Source: Alphaproteobacteria bacterium (GTDB taxonomy: Bacteria; Pseudomonadota; Alphaproteobacteria; UBA7985; JAUIBT01). From it: DNA of 64,000 bases. Below, in pieces: positions 31,109 to 41,073 of this stretch. Under the pieces are notes generated by a model. The model saw only the letters and a list, made by a program, of their open reading frames with translations. It was not told where the DNA came from and made no database searches. Each line of letters opens with the position of its first letter. The first letter of the stretch is position 1. The stretch spans positions 82,431 to 146,430 of the forward strand of contig JAUIDR010000001.1 in assembly GCA_030428565.1 (NCBI GenBank). Direction: 5' to 3'. The position numbers and the translations under genes are program-made.

Positions 31109-32183
31109 CTCCCATCCCCTCCGCGACCTCTGAGACCTGCTCTTGGGTCTTAATGATTTGAGCATTTGCTACTTCTAGTCTCTGGCTTATCGTATCAATG
31201 AAGTGATGTCGATACAAATTCGCCGCAACGCCGATAGCGTTAGCAAAGCCCAAAGCGTCCGTACCGCCATGACTCTTAACGGAAATCGCGTTCAATCCCA
31301 CCAGCACCGCGCCATTGTAGAGACGCGGATCGAGTTGCTTACGAAGCATGCGCAAACGGTTAAATCCGATGGCATAGGCCGCCATACCGAAAATGGAGCC
31401 CCGAAAAGCGCGGCGGATGTATTCTTGAATGAGCCGCGCCAGACCTTCGGTTGTCTTCAGGGCGACATTGCCGGTAAACCCATCGGTTACGATAACATCG
31501 CACGAACCCTTTTGAATGTCGTCGCCCTCAACAAAGCCGATATATTCGCCGCTGCCCAGCGGCAAGTCCTTCATGATCTTGTGGGCTTCCTGAACGATGT
31601 CGTTCCCCTTCAGATCTTCCGAGCCGACATTCAGCAGGCCGACGGTTGGCTCCTCAATATCCAGTGCTGTTGAGGCGTAGGCCGCGCCCATGACCGCGAA
31701 TTGGCTCAGGTTCTCTGCAGTGCAAGTAACATTGGCTCCCAAATCCAACAGCACCGAGCGTCCCCGGTTCAGTGTCGGCATGGCCGAGACGATGGCGGGG
31801 CGATCAATGCCGGGCACCATACCCAAGATAAACTTAGACAAGCCCATCAAAGCACCGGTATTGCCGGCCGAAACGCTGGCGTGTGCGCGCCCGTCGGCTA
31901 CCGCTTCCAGCGCCAAGCGCATAGAAGAGCGCTTGTTGCGAGCACGAAAGGCATCGCGTGCGCGTGCGCCGCTGTCGATCTTTACATCTGTATGTTCGAA
32001 CTGCCAGCGATCGGCCAAACCCGGAAAGCGATCCATCAGCGGCTTGACCGCAGACTCATCACCGAAAATCAGGAACTGAACGTCTCGATTTCGCCGTGCA
32101 AAGCGCGCGGCGCCTTCGATGACCAAATCCGGCGCTTTGTCGCCACCCATGGCGTCCAAGGCAATCGTAAGGCTTTGCGTCAT
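31080..32183 (-). CDS. plsX: Phosphate acyltransferase PlsX
   Basis: MTQSLTIALDAMGGDKAPDLVIEGAARFARRN...NAISVKSHGGTDALGFANAIGVA are PlsX hallmarks. The 3' end overlaps the ihfA start by about 29 nt. Confidence 0.8.
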   Translation of the reverse strand: MTQSLTIALDAMGGDKAPDLVIEGAARFARRNRDVQFLIFGDESAVKPLMDRFPGLADRWQFEHTDVKIDSGARARDAFRARNKRSSMRLALEAVADGRAHASVSAGNTGALMGLSKFILGMVPGIDRPAIVSAMPTLNRGRSVLLDLGANVTCTAENLSQFAVMGAAYASTALDIEEPTVGLLNVGSEDLKGNDIVQEAHKIMKDLPLGSGEYIGFVEGDDIQKGSCDVIVTDGFTGNVALKTTEGLARLIQEYIRRAFRGSIFGMAAYAIGFNRLRMLRKQLDPRLYNGAVLVGLNAISVKSHGGTDALGFANAIGVAANLYRHHFIDTISQRLEVANAQIIKTQEQVSEVAEGMGDDRTDADAR

Positions 32184-32509
32184 ATATCCTGGTCTCGGTC
32201 CTAGTCTTGATTTCTGTCTGGCCTGCCCCAGCTCGAAGCCGAAGCTATGGTCACGTCACGCCACTCTATCTCATAATTTTGCAGGCCGCGCGATCTTAGT
32301 GACGACTTCAAGTCCGCGCTTGCGTTTCAACTATATCCTGGCACGGCCAAGGCCCCGCCATTCGCAGCAGAATACGCGAGCTTGCCGCTGGGCGCCATGG
32401 GAATTGTAATAAAGTTGCGATGAGAGCGATCAACATGGCACAGCGGGACGCGGATGGCGAGCGGCCCATCGCCGCGTGTCTAGACCACCAGTTTGCTTTT
32501 GAACCGCGC

Positions 32510-33049
32510 TTAGGATCCTTTCGGCTCGTCGGGCTTATCGACCAGCCCCGCCAATGCTGCAAAGGGATTAGGTTTTTCTTCGGGCTCCCAATCGGGGCCA
32601 AAGGACTGCGAAAGCGGCTCCAATCCTGGTTTGCGCGGAATATCGGGCAACAGCAAACTGAATGCCTGCATTATGAATTCGCCAACATCCGCCATGCCGT
32701 CGTCTGCAAGGGGCTCGTTTAGACTCTCGTCATCTTGCAACTGAGGCAGATCGCTTTCTGGCACGAAGTATGTCTCAAGCGCTTCATCAAAACGCTGCAA
32801 GAAGGCGTCCAAGCTCACTGAGCAGATCATTTCCACTTCGGCCGACAGGCGCGCCTTGGCGTAGGGCAGACCGTGCCGCCGCTCAATGACACCCGTCACA
32901 CAGAGCGCCGGTAGGGCATTGAGGCCAAAGCGGTCGACCAGCTCTTGGCGCACGGCAGGCTCGCTGATCTCAAGAATAAAGCTCTTGGCCTCGTCCAGGC
33001 TCTCAGGATCAACCCGCAAGTCGGCCGGATTTTGGAAGTTTTCGCTCAT
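32510..33049 (-). CDS. yceD: YceD family (DUF177) protein
   Basis: Acidic 179-aa protein in the conserved position upstream of plsX. Confidence 0.6.
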   Translation of the reverse strand: MSENFQNPADLRVDPESLDEAKSFILEISEPAVRQELVDRFGLNALPALCVTGVIERRHGLPYAKARLSAEVEMICSVSLDAFLQRFDEALETYFVPESDLPQLQDDESLNEPLADDGMADVGEFIMQAFSLLLPDIPRKPGLEPLSQSFGPDWEPEEKPNPFAALAGLVDKPDEPKGS

Positions 33050-33657
33050 GCCCGATTTACCTTATTGTCGTGCGCCTCTGCCGCGCCATTTTGGGCTAAA
33101 TCTGCCGGCTTTCCAAGCTCCAGTCGCCCTGATCGCAGCGCCTCACTGTCATGATGCTGCAAATTAGCCTGCAATCCTGCAACGTAAGATACCAACTGCC
33201 TCAATTGAGCGTCTTGCATTTGGCCAAGGTTCAAATTGCGTTTTAGCGCTTCGCTCACCGCTGCGTAGCGCGCTTCTTCGCCCTCAACCGCCAGGGCCTG
33301 AGCATAGGCTCGGGCGCGCCCAAAGAAGCCTTGCGTCACGCGCTTGATGTGCTTGGCCATCGACATATCTCCGACCCCGCTTTCCCGCAGGGCGAAGTCC
33401 CAATTCCCCAAAAAGCACTCGAACAGCTTTTGCGCGAAGCGCGCGGGAATATTTGCGTCGTTTCGCAACCGTTCTAACAAAATGTGAGCGTGTAACGAGG
33501 ATACATCAAAGCGCCCCGTAAACCCGCTATCGATACCGATTTCATCGTAAAACCAGGGATCTAGCGATTGAACTGTAACGATCTCATATAAGACTTTTAC
33601 CGCCTCGCGATCACGCCGCCCTTGAGTTAACGCCTTTGCAATGCCAAACATGCCCAC
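33046..33657 (-). CDS. Ubiquinol-cytochrome c chaperone (Cbp3-like) family protein
   Basis: Conserved alphaproteobacterial neighbour, divergent from bamE and upstream of yceD. Overlaps the yceD start by 4 nt. Confidence 0.55.
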   Translation of the reverse strand: MGMFGIAKALTQGRRDREAVKVLYEIVTVQSLDPWFYDEIGIDSGFTGRFDVSSLHAHILLERLRNDANIPARFAQKLFECFLGNWDFALRESGVGDMSMAKHIKRVTQGFFGRARAYAQALAVEGEEARYAAVSEALKRNLNLGQMQDAQLRQLVSYVAGLQANLQHHDSEALRSGRLELGKPADLAQNGAAEAHDNKVNRA

Positions 33658-33703
33658 TAACCTTTGTTGCTCCTTGCCCTCGATCTAAGTAGGCCCAAGC
33701 CAC

Positions 33704-34195
33704 ATGTCACTAGCTTTGCCCGTCCTGCGCCAACTTGCCGTTCTTCTGATAGCGGTCGGTCTGTTGTCGGCCTGCCAAAAAAACATGAATGTCTACGGCC
33801 AATTTCCGACGGCTGAAGAGGTCGCGCAATTGCGCCCACAAGAGCATAATCGCGGCGATGTGGTTCGCATTCTGGGAACGCCGTCCCACCTGAACAACTT
33901 TAACGATAGTCATTGGTACTACATCAGCCAAACTCGCGACGAAACAATCAAATTTCGATCAAAAAAGTCCCAACAAGTGGTTCTAGAGCTGGCCTTCGAC
34001 GACCAAGGCATTTTGCAGTCCATGCAGGCCTACACTTTGGTCGACGGAGTTCCCGTGGTGCCCTCAGCGGACCGCACGGCCACTTATGGCCGCAACGCAA
34101 CTCTGTTGGAAGAAGTGTTGGGCTCGATTGGGCGCTTTGGTTCCAGCAAGGGCAAGGCTGGCAGCGTTCCCGGTAACCCGACCGGCGGACGCTAA
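33704..34195 (+). CDS. bamE: Outer membrane protein assembly factor BamE (SmpA/OmlA lipoprotein)
   Basis: Lipobox LLSAC, a BamE domain (GDVVRILGTPSHLNNFNDSHWYYISQTRDE), and a Gly/Ser-rich tail. Confidence 0.65.
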   Translation: MSLALPVLRQLAVLLIAVGLLSACQKNMNVYGQFPTAEEVAQLRPQEHNRGDVVRILGTPSHLNNFNDSHWYYISQTRDETIKFRSKKSQQVVLELAFDDQGILQSMQAYTLVDGVPVVPSADRTATYGRNATLLEEVLGSIGRFGSSKGKAGSVPGNPTGGR

Positions 34196-34327
34196 GCCCC
34201 AACAAACTGGTTCCAAGCAGTCAATTTTCGGCTGCGCAATCTGTCGGACGCGTCATCAAATTTTAGACGATCCTGATAGAACAAGGCGACGATTTCAAAG
34301 AGCGCCGATACCAATTTTTTAGGTATT

Positions 34328-35182
34328 TTGATGAAGACCCGCTTCTTGCGCAGAATTTTGGCTGCGCTGAGCATAGCCGCGGCATGTTGCGTGCCAAGCT
34401 ATGCCATTGATGCCCAATTGCTGATTGCCAGCTACAAAGCCGACCAAAGCGGCCTCTGGTTGGCGTCTAAGGGTAGGGCCGCCGCCTACGTGCCGAGCGT
34501 TTCCAACGACGCTCAGGTCCATGCCTACGTTTGGCAGCGCTTCAAACAGCTCTTCCCCGCGCCCTACAGCAACTTGGTCAAAGAATTTGAGGTTGCCTCT
34601 GACGGTCTGGGCAATATCACCGCTTATTCGGGCCTCTCAAACAAGCAGTTCGGCGCCTGGGTCTTGGGAATTGATCCTGCCGATGTCTTTCCAGGTGGCC
34701 AATTGGACAAAGCCGAGCTTGATGCCTCCTTGATCCACGAATTTGGGCACATCCTGTTTCAGCGCGTTGGTCAAATGCAGCACTCACGCCGGGCCTTTGC
34801 AGCGCTGAAGACGCCGGGCTACCAGCGCGAGGTTCAGATCGCCCGCCAATCGTGCCAGACTTTCTTCACGTTCGACGCCTGCGCGGAGCCCGACTCCTAC
34901 CTGTATCACTACATGTACGCCTATTGGCAGCCCATGCTAACGGCTTGGGTTCAGTCCGGTCAGACGCAAATGGCGCGCAAGACTTTCCTGAATAACCACC
35001 GCCAAGGTTTTGTATCCGGCTACGCGGCCACCCATCCCGTCGAGGACATGGTGGAGACCTTTACAGCCTTCGTCCTGCGCCCAATGCCGCAAGACGTCAG
35101 CCTGTCCGCCCGGAAAATCCAGTTCTTCTATCAGTATCCCGAGATGGTTCAATTGCGGGCGCACATTCGCGCTAACCTTTGA
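34328..35182 (+). CDS. Secreted hypothetical protein with an HEXXH zinc-metallopeptidase motif
   Basis: Signal peptide (MMKTRFLRRILAALSIAAACCVPSYA), HEFGH at about residue 140, and a downstream acidic cluster (HPVEDMVETF) that could supply a third zinc ligand. No family recognised by eye. Confidence 0.5.
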   Translation: MMKTRFLRRILAALSIAAACCVPSYAIDAQLLIASYKADQSGLWLASKGRAAAYVPSVSNDAQVHAYVWQRFKQLFPAPYSNLVKEFEVASDGLGNITAYSGLSNKQFGAWVLGIDPADVFPGGQLDKAELDASLIHEFGHILFQRVGQMQHSRRAFAALKTPGYQREVQIARQSCQTFFTFDACAEPDSYLYHYMYAYWQPMLTAWVQSGQTQMARKTFLNNHRQGFVSGYAATHPVEDMVETFTAFVLRPMPQDVSLSARKIQFFYQYPEMVQLRAHIRANL

Positions 35183-35216
35183 GACCTAACAGATACTGAA
35201 TGAGGGTGTCCGACTG

Positions 35217-35250
35217 GGGAGACGCAAGGCGTCTCCCCTCTTTTTTTGTC
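35217..35250. terminator. Rho-independent terminator between the convergent HEXXH gene and ppa
   Basis: GGGGAGACGC-AAGG-GCGTCTCCCC hairpin followed by TCTTTTTTTG. Confidence 0.65.
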
Positions 35251-35297
35251 GGACCAGCGAGCGGCGCCCTTGCGGCAGCCCCATCGCTGACGCCATT

Positions 35298-35825
35298 TCA
35301 CTTAGCGGCGCGATCGATAGCTTCTTGAATCAGGCGCTCGGCATCGTCGCGGCCCTTCCAGCCTTCAACGCGAACCCACTTACCTGGCTCCAAGTCCTTG
35401 TAGTGCTCGAAGAAGTGCTTGATCTGTTCGATCAGGTTTTCCGGCAACTGTTCGTAGGAGGTAATGCCCTTATAGAAGGGATCGATCTTGCTGTGGGGAA
35501 CTGCCAAGATTTTCTCGTCCTTGCCGCCGTCGTCTTCCATCACCAATACGCCGACCGGAATTGAACGGATGACCGAGCCCGGCATCAATTGGTGGCGGCC
35601 AACGACCAACACGTCTACCGGATCGCCATCTTCTGACAGCGTGTGCGGCATGAAACCGTAGTTGCAGGGGTAGAACATGGGGGTGTGGATGATGCGATCA
35701 ACGATGATCGCGCCCGCGTCCTTATCAAATTCGTACTTCACCGGGTCGGCATTGGCCGGAACCTCGATGATGACGTTGATGTCACGCGGGGGCTCTTTGC
35801 CCATTGAGATCTTTGAAATATCCAC
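35298..35825 (-). CDS. ppa: Inorganic pyrophosphatase
   Basis: Family I PPase signature (DGDPVDVLV, 175 aa). Confidence 0.9.
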   Translation of the reverse strand: MDISKISMGKEPPRDINVIIEVPANADPVKYEFDKDAGAIIVDRIIHTPMFYPCNYGFMPHTLSEDGDPVDVLVVGRHQLMPGSVIRSIPVGVLVMEDDGGKDEKILAVPHSKIDPFYKGITSYEQLPENLIEQIKHFFEHYKDLEPGKWVRVEGWKGRDDAERLIQEAIDRAAK

Positions 35826-35886
35826 GCCTGGGATCCTTTCGAGTTCAGAGGAAGTCGCCGCGTTATGGCAAAGCTATTCCCTAGGC

Positions 35887-37134
35887 TCAAGAGCTTGCGA
35901 CGCTGTTGTCCGATTTCTTGAAAAAACGGTCAACGGCCAGCGCAAGAACGATCAACGCGGTTACAGGCAGCACGGTCAAAGCAATCGCGACCCAACCCCC
36001 GGCTTCCAAGACGGCGCCCGCAGACATGGACGATATCGAGACCAAGCTAAATACCACAAGATCGTTGACTGATTGGGCTTTAGCGCGCTCTTGGGGCCGG
36101 TATTCCTGGGCCAACATGGCGGTGCCACCGATGAAGGTAAAGTTCCAACCAATGCCAAGCGCGATGAGCGCAATCGAAAAATGCGCAAAGGTAATGCCCG
36201 ACAGGGCCACCAGCGATGCGATAAGCAGCAGACCTGCACCGACCAAAATAATCCGCTCGACGCCGAAACGTTGGATTAAGCGACCGGTAAAGAAGCTGGG
36301 GGCGAACATGCCCAGGACATGCAGCGACACGACTGAGTTCGAGTCGGCCGATTCAAAGCCGCAGCCCGCCATGGCTAGCGGGGTCGGCACCATCATGAAG
36401 TTCATCACCGCGTAGCCGACCATGGCCGAGATCATGGCGATCAAGAAACGGGGGCGCAAAACCAGTTCTGGCAAGCTACGCACATCCCCGACTTCGCCTT
36501 CCGGCTTTGGCTTAGGAATGTTGGTAAACTGAATGATGATAAGCGCCACAATCATCAACAGCATGACCGCCAGATAAACGCCTGCAAAGCTGACCGGTGA
36601 CAGCCAATCCTTAGAGGCCGTGGCCAGCATGGGCCCCATGACCGCCGCGATAACCCCGCCGATCATAACGAATGATATTGCGTTGGCTTGATAGCCAGGG
36701 CTGGCAGCCTCAACAGCCGCAAACCGCATCTGATTGATGACTATCGAATGCGCCCCGAACATCAAACCGCCCAAGCACATCATCCAGAAAGTGCCGGTTA
36801 TCACCGCCACACAAGACAGCCCCGCCGCAATGATACCGATGATCGCCCCGATGCTCATACCCCAACGACGGCCCAGCGCCTTCATCAGGTAGGCGGCTGG
36901 AATCGTGGTCAAAAACATGCCCAAGAACTGCAGCGCGGTCGGCCAAAACGCCAACGCTTTGCTATCGACGATATAGCTGGCGGCCAATGTTGAGGTAGCA
37001 ATCAGCATGACCAGCGTCGATTGACCAAAGGCCAAAGCGACAATCAGCAACGCAATGTTACGGTTCATGCCGGGGAAAAGGCGCTGAACCAAGTCGGTTG
37101 CCGGGTTAGTCGTTTCCATGGACGTATCCTTCAT
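35887..37134 (-). CDS. MFS transporter
   Basis: 12-TM MFS topology of about 415 aa. Confidence 0.6.
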   Translation of the reverse strand: MKDTSMETTNPATDLVQRLFPGMNRNIALLIVALAFGQSTLVMLIATSTLAASYIVDSKALAFWPTALQFLGMFLTTIPAAYLMKALGRRWGMSIGAIIGIIAAGLSCVAVITGTFWMMCLGGLMFGAHSIVINQMRFAAVEAASPGYQANAISFVMIGGVIAAVMGPMLATASKDWLSPVSFAGVYLAVMLLMIVALIIIQFTNIPKPKPEGEVGDVRSLPELVLRPRFLIAMISAMVGYAVMNFMMVPTPLAMAGCGFESADSNSVVSLHVLGMFAPSFFTGRLIQRFGVERIILVGAGLLLIASLVALSGITFAHFSIALIALGIGWNFTFIGGTAMLAQEYRPQERAKAQSVNDLVVFSLVSISSMSAGAVLEAGGWVAIALTVLPVTALIVLALAVDRFFKKSDNSVASS

Positions 37135-38089
37135 GAGGCGCGCGAAGGAGCTCGCGATTGGGCCCTAGCAACGCCAGTCCCTGCCCCTTCGTCAAGCGAC
37201 CGATGATCGCGCCCCTGCCCAGCCGCTCAATAAGCCGCTCTGCCTGGCTCTCATCGCAAGAAAAAAGCAGCTCGTAGTCGTCGCCACCGCTGATTTGCGC
37301 GAGCGGCCCCAGCGACTCGCTCGCCAATAATGGCGACGCCAACGGCACTTTGGCCAAGTCAATCTCAACGCGCAGCCCCGATGCATCCGCCATATGACGC
37401 GAGTCAGCCAGCAGGCCGTCAGATATATCCATACAGGCACCAACCGCCCCGCTCTCACGCAACAAGACGCCTTCTGCCAGGCGCGGTTCAGGCAGGCGAT
37501 ATCGGGCAACAGCGCGCTCAAAAAGCGGTGAAGGCAGTTCTAAATCTTCGCTAAGAACCTTCAGACCCAAAAAGCCAAGACCGATTGGCCCGGTGACACA
37601 AAGTGCCTGACCATCGCGCCCGTTCGAGCGCAGCATAGCGGGCCCCAGCGCCTGTCGGCTGGGCAGCAAACCCAGCACGGTGACAGACAAGCTCAATGGC
37701 CCTGGGCCGCTGGTGGTGTCGCCGCCTAAAAGCTGGAGTTTGTACTGCTTGAGATCTTGGCCGAGTCCGTCTGCAAAGGCCTGAAGCCAGGCCTCATCCT
37801 TGGGCTGAGGTTTTGGCAAACTGAGAGCCAGCAGGCAGCCCAGCGGTTTGGCCCCCTTTGAAGCCAAGTCCGACAAATTGACCCTCAGCGCCTTGCGCGC
37901 CAGTGTCTCAGGCGGATCGTCGGGCAAGAAGTGCACGCCCTCGATCAGCGTATCGACGGTCAGCACCATGTCGCCGCTCAGGGCCTGGTTGGGAATCTGC
38001 GCGCAATCGTCTTGCAGGCCAAGGCCGAAACCTTCGGCATCTACCAAAGTCTTAAAATAGCGGCGAATGAGGTCAAATTCGGCGACCAT
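37106..38089 (-). CDS. thiL: Thiamine-monophosphate kinase
   Basis: AIR-synthase-related fold, N-terminus MVAEFDLIRRYF, about 327 aa. The 3' end overlaps the MFS gene start by 29 nt. Confidence 0.75.
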   Translation of the reverse strand: MVAEFDLIRRYFKTLVDAEGFGLGLQDDCAQIPNQALSGDMVLTVDTLIEGVHFLPDDPPETLARKALRVNLSDLASKGAKPLGCLLALSLPKPQPKDEAWLQAFADGLGQDLKQYKLQLLGGDTTSGPGPLSLSVTVLGLLPSRQALGPAMLRSNGRDGQALCVTGPIGLGFLGLKVLSEDLELPSPLFERAVARYRLPEPRLAEGVLLRESGAVGACMDISDGLLADSRHMADASGLRVEIDLAKVPLASPLLASESLGPLAQISGGDDYELLFSCDESQAERLIERLGRGAIIGRLTKGQGLALLGPNRELLRAPHEGYVHGND

Positions 38090-38149
38090 GGCTCCGGCCC
38101 ATTGCCTTTCAGGTATTGTAACCGCCCAGCGTGTCGGCTCGCGCCGCTT

Positions 38150-38674
38150 CTAGAGGGGAAAGGCCTCACCGTCGCGCAGGGTGGCAGCGATTGTCTCCAG
38201 CCCAGCATTGATGATTTTGGGCTCGCTGCCTTCAAAAAAGTGGTGCGCGATCGCAACGTATTCGGCCACAATCACCGCTTTTGGCAGCTCGGGCTTGGTC
38301 TCCAGCTCACTGACACCACAGCGAAAGATCGCCTTCATCACAGGATCAATGCGCTCAACGCTCCAATCTTGCGGCAAGATTGCCGAGATCATGTCGTCCA
38401 GCGCGGCCTGCTCTTCCCAAACCTGGGCGACCAGCTCTTGAAACAGGTTTTTATCAAACTTGCCAAGCCGCAAGCCTTCCAAGTCCTCGCGCGCACGAAA
38501 CAGTACAAAGTCTCGCAGCACGCGCAGCACATTGGGCTTTTCCGATTGATCCAGTTCGAACAAGGCCTGGACGGCCGCAAAGCGGGCGGCGTGACGGCGA
38601 TCCTCGAATGAGGACTTGCTAGCGGGCTGTCTCTTGGCGGGTCGTTTGTCGGCAGGCCGATTGTCGGCGGACAT
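38150..38674 (-). CDS. nusB: Transcription antitermination factor NusB
   Basis: RHAARFAAVQALFELDQ motif. Conserved nusB-ribH order. Confidence 0.8.
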   Translation of the reverse strand: MSADNRPADKRPAKRQPASKSSFEDRRHAARFAAVQALFELDQSEKPNVLRVLRDFVLFRAREDLEGLRLGKFDKNLFQELVAQVWEEQAALDDMISAILPQDWSVERIDPVMKAIFRCGVSELETKPELPKAVIVAEYVAIAHHFFEGSEPKIINAGLETIAATLRDGEAFPL

Positions 38675-38678
38675 GGGG

Positions 38679-39167
38679 CTATTCCTCCGCGCCGCCGAAG
38701 GACAGGTTGCCGCTCAGCATGCTCTCGTCAATTGCGGGCGAAAAACGCTGCTTGATTTCCAACATGCGCAGCGCCGCTTGAGCCGCATCGCGGCCTTTGT
38801 TTTTTTCGCTGCGACGTGCGCGTGCCCAAGCCTGGTCGCCATTTTCGACGGTCAAAATACCGTTGCCGATACAGCAATCATACTCAATTGCCAGGTTTTG
38901 CAGACCACGCGCAGACTCGCCTGCCACGATGTCATAATGAGAAGTCTCGCCACGGATCACCACGCCCAGCGCTACATAGGCGTCGAAGCTGGCCGCGCCT
39001 TCTGCTAGCGCGATTGCGGCGGGAATTTCCAGCGCTCCAGGAACCGGCAGCCGCTCGACCTCAACGCCCGCTTCCTGCAGAGCTTCGATTGCGCCAGCGG
39101 CCAATTCATCGGCCAAGTCATTGTAAAACCGCGCTTCAACGATCAGTACGCGTGCCACGTCTTCCAT
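38679..39167 (-). CDS. ribH: 6,7-dimethyl-8-ribityllumazine synthase
   Basis: RILIVEARFYNDLADELAAGA...GVVIRGETSHYD motifs. Confidence 0.85.
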   Translation of the reverse strand: MEDVARVLIVEARFYNDLADELAAGAIEALQEAGVEVERLPVPGALEIPAAIALAEGAASFDAYVALGVVIRGETSHYDIVAGESARGLQNLAIEYDCCIGNGILTVENGDQAWARARRSEKNKGRDAAQAALRMLEIKQRFSPAIDESMLSGNLSFGGAEE

Positions 39168-39301
39168 AATTCTCTAACTTCTCTTTTGCCTTCGGCTTCG
39201 GCCAGCTGTTTACCGGGTCGTTTCACCCGTCGTTTCCCGATCAACCTGACCAAGCCGCCATTCTGACGCTGGAGGTGGCAGGTTTTGCCCCGTTCTGCAA
39301 G

Positions 39302-39925
39302 CTAGTTCTGCAAGAAGGAAAGCTGCCGCTGCACATAGCGCGCCAGCATGTCTGCCTCGAAATTCAGAAAATCCCCTACTTGGCGATACTTCAGCGTAGT
39401 CACGTCGTAGGTATGTGGGATCACCGCGACGCCAAAACTGGAGCCGTCCACGTCTGTTACCGTCAGTGAGATACCGTCCAGCGCCACCGAGCCCTTGCCC
39501 GCCACCAGCCCCGCCAGAGCTTGCGGCAATGAAAAACGGAAGCGCCAGCCTTCGCCGTCGCGTACCAGTGACTGCAACTGCGCCAGGCCATCGACATGGC
39601 TGAAGACCAAATGCCCCCCCAGTTCGTCCCCCAATCGTAAAGAGGACTCCAGGTTGACCGCCGTCCCCACTTTCCAGGTCGCCAGCGTTGTCAAACTCAA
39701 GGTCTCATTGGTCGCGAACACCACATGCTCACGGCGGTCGCCGCCAATCTCACGCGCCGATTCGATGGTCAGGCAACAGCCAGAATGAGAGACCGAGGCC
39801 CCCAAACTAAGCGCCTGCATCGCAAGATCAGATTCCAGCGTGAACCGACGGCCGCCGTCTTCTTCGATGGCGGTCACTTTGCCGATGGTTTCTACAATTC
39901 CAGTAAACAAACGCTTGTTTCCCAT
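39302..39925 (-). CDS. ribE: Riboflavin synthase
   Basis: FTGIVETIGKV N-terminus with duplicated lumazine-binding halves. Confidence 0.8.
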   Translation of the reverse strand: MGNKRLFTGIVETIGKVTAIEEDGGRRFTLESDLAMQALSLGASVSHSGCCLTIESAREIGGDRREHVVFATNETLSLTTLATWKVGTAVNLESSLRLGDELGGHLVFSHVDGLAQLQSLVRDGEGWRFRFSLPQALAGLVAGKGSVALDGISLTVTDVDGSSFGVAVIPHTYDVTTLKYRQVGDFLNFEADMLARYVQRQLSFLQN

Positions 39926-39981
39926 TCAAAAATCGGCGCGCGGCCATGCAATCGAACCAAAGCACGAGGCCCGGCAAAAGG

Positions 39982-41073
39982 TTATGACGAACCGGGGCGC
40001 TCCAACAAGAAAAACCGGTCCTCGCCCAATGTTCTTTCTTCCAAACAGCGCCAGGCTTCGACCTCTTGCATGCTCACCAGGCCCAAAGTGCCCAATGCCG
40101 AGCGCGCATCGCCGCCCATGATCTTGGGCGCAAGGAACCAGGCCAATCGGTCTACCAGGCCTCGCTGCAAGAAGGCCGTGGCCAACGCAGGGCCTGACTC
40201 GATCAGAACCGCGTTGATGCCGTCTTGGCCCCAGGATTTCAGCAGGGCATCGAAATCTTCAGCCTCTGGCCCGGTGATGCGCTGGGTCGGCGTTATATCT
40301 TGCTCTGCGAAGATGCGCGCGCTCTTTGCAACCTTGGCAGAACGATCCAGCACCACACGGCGCGGAGAGCGGGCTTCTAAGCCATCATAGCGGCAAGTCA
40401 ATTGCGGATCGTCGGCCAAAACTGTTCCTGCCCCCGTTACAATCATATCGGCTTCAGACCTCAGGCGATGGGCATAGCGGCGTGCCTGAGGCCCCGTAAT
40501 CCACTGGCTCTGGCCATTGGCAAGCGCAATTTTCCCATCCAGCGTTGAAGCCATTTTCAATGTAACGAGCGGGCGCCCATGGATCTGACGCTGAAAGAAG
40601 CCCTGCAGACCGACCCGCGCCTGGTCCGCTAGACAGCCTGGCACCACCTCAATCCCGGCAGCGGCCAGCTGTTCCAAGCCTTGTCCCGAGACCCGCGGAT
40701 CGGGGTCTCGGCAGGCGGTCACAACCTTGGCTATTCCCGCCGCGATCAGCGCCTGACTGCAAGGCGGCGTGCGGCCATGGTGGCTGCAGGGCTCCAAAGT
40801 CACATAGGCCGTCGCCCCCTGAGCAGCCGCGCCCGCCTGCGCCAAGGCGCCAGCTTCAGCGTGCGGGCGACCGCCATCAGCAGTTCGTGCCTGACCGACA
40901 ATGGTGCCATCCTTTACGATCACACACCCCACTGAGGGATTTTCGCCCGTCGCGCCCAAGCCTTCCCGCGCCAGCTCTATCGCACGGCGCATATGCGCTT
41001 CGTCTTGAAGGCTATGTGCGGGCTGATCGTGCGAATGGGGCGACGGCATTGGGCTAATCTCCGTCAGCGCCAT
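39982..41073 (-). CDS. ribD: Bifunctional riboflavin biosynthesis deaminase/reductase RibD
   Basis: CMP/dCMP deaminase zinc motif (HAEAGAL...PCSHHGRTPPC) plus a C-terminal reductase domain. Confidence 0.85.
   Translation of the reverse strand: MALTEISPMPSPHSHDQPAHSLQDEAHMRRAIELAREGLGATGENPSVGCVIVKDGTIVGQARTADGGRPHAEAGALAQAGAAAQGATAYVTLEPCSHHGRTPPCSQALIAAGIAKVVTACRDPDPRVSGQGLEQLAAAGIEVVPGCLADQARVGLQGFFQRQIHGRPLVTLKMASTLDGKIALANGQSQWITGPQARRYAHRLRSEADMIVTGAGTVLADDPQLTCRYDGLEARSPRRVVLDRSAKVAKSARIFAEQDITPTQRITGPEAEDFDALLKSWGQDGINAVLIESGPALATAFLQRGLVDRLAWFLAPKIMGGDARSALGTLGLVSMQEVEAWRCLEERTLGEDRFFLLERPGSS

Noticed and set aside
32184-32509. Expected rpmF (L32) gene between yceD and plsX
   Set aside because: Hand translation of the minus strand gives no MAVPKRKTS-like ORF; the only ORF there is an out-of-frame shadow of the yceD 3' end.
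37931-38611. 226-aa + strand ORF
   Set aside because: It is antisense to thiL and nusB and is a shadow ORF.
39168-39301. Possible FMN riboswitch between ribE and ribH
   Set aside because: I looked for the conserved FMN-element core on the minus strand and did not see it. Gaps of 130-190 bp alone are not evidence.
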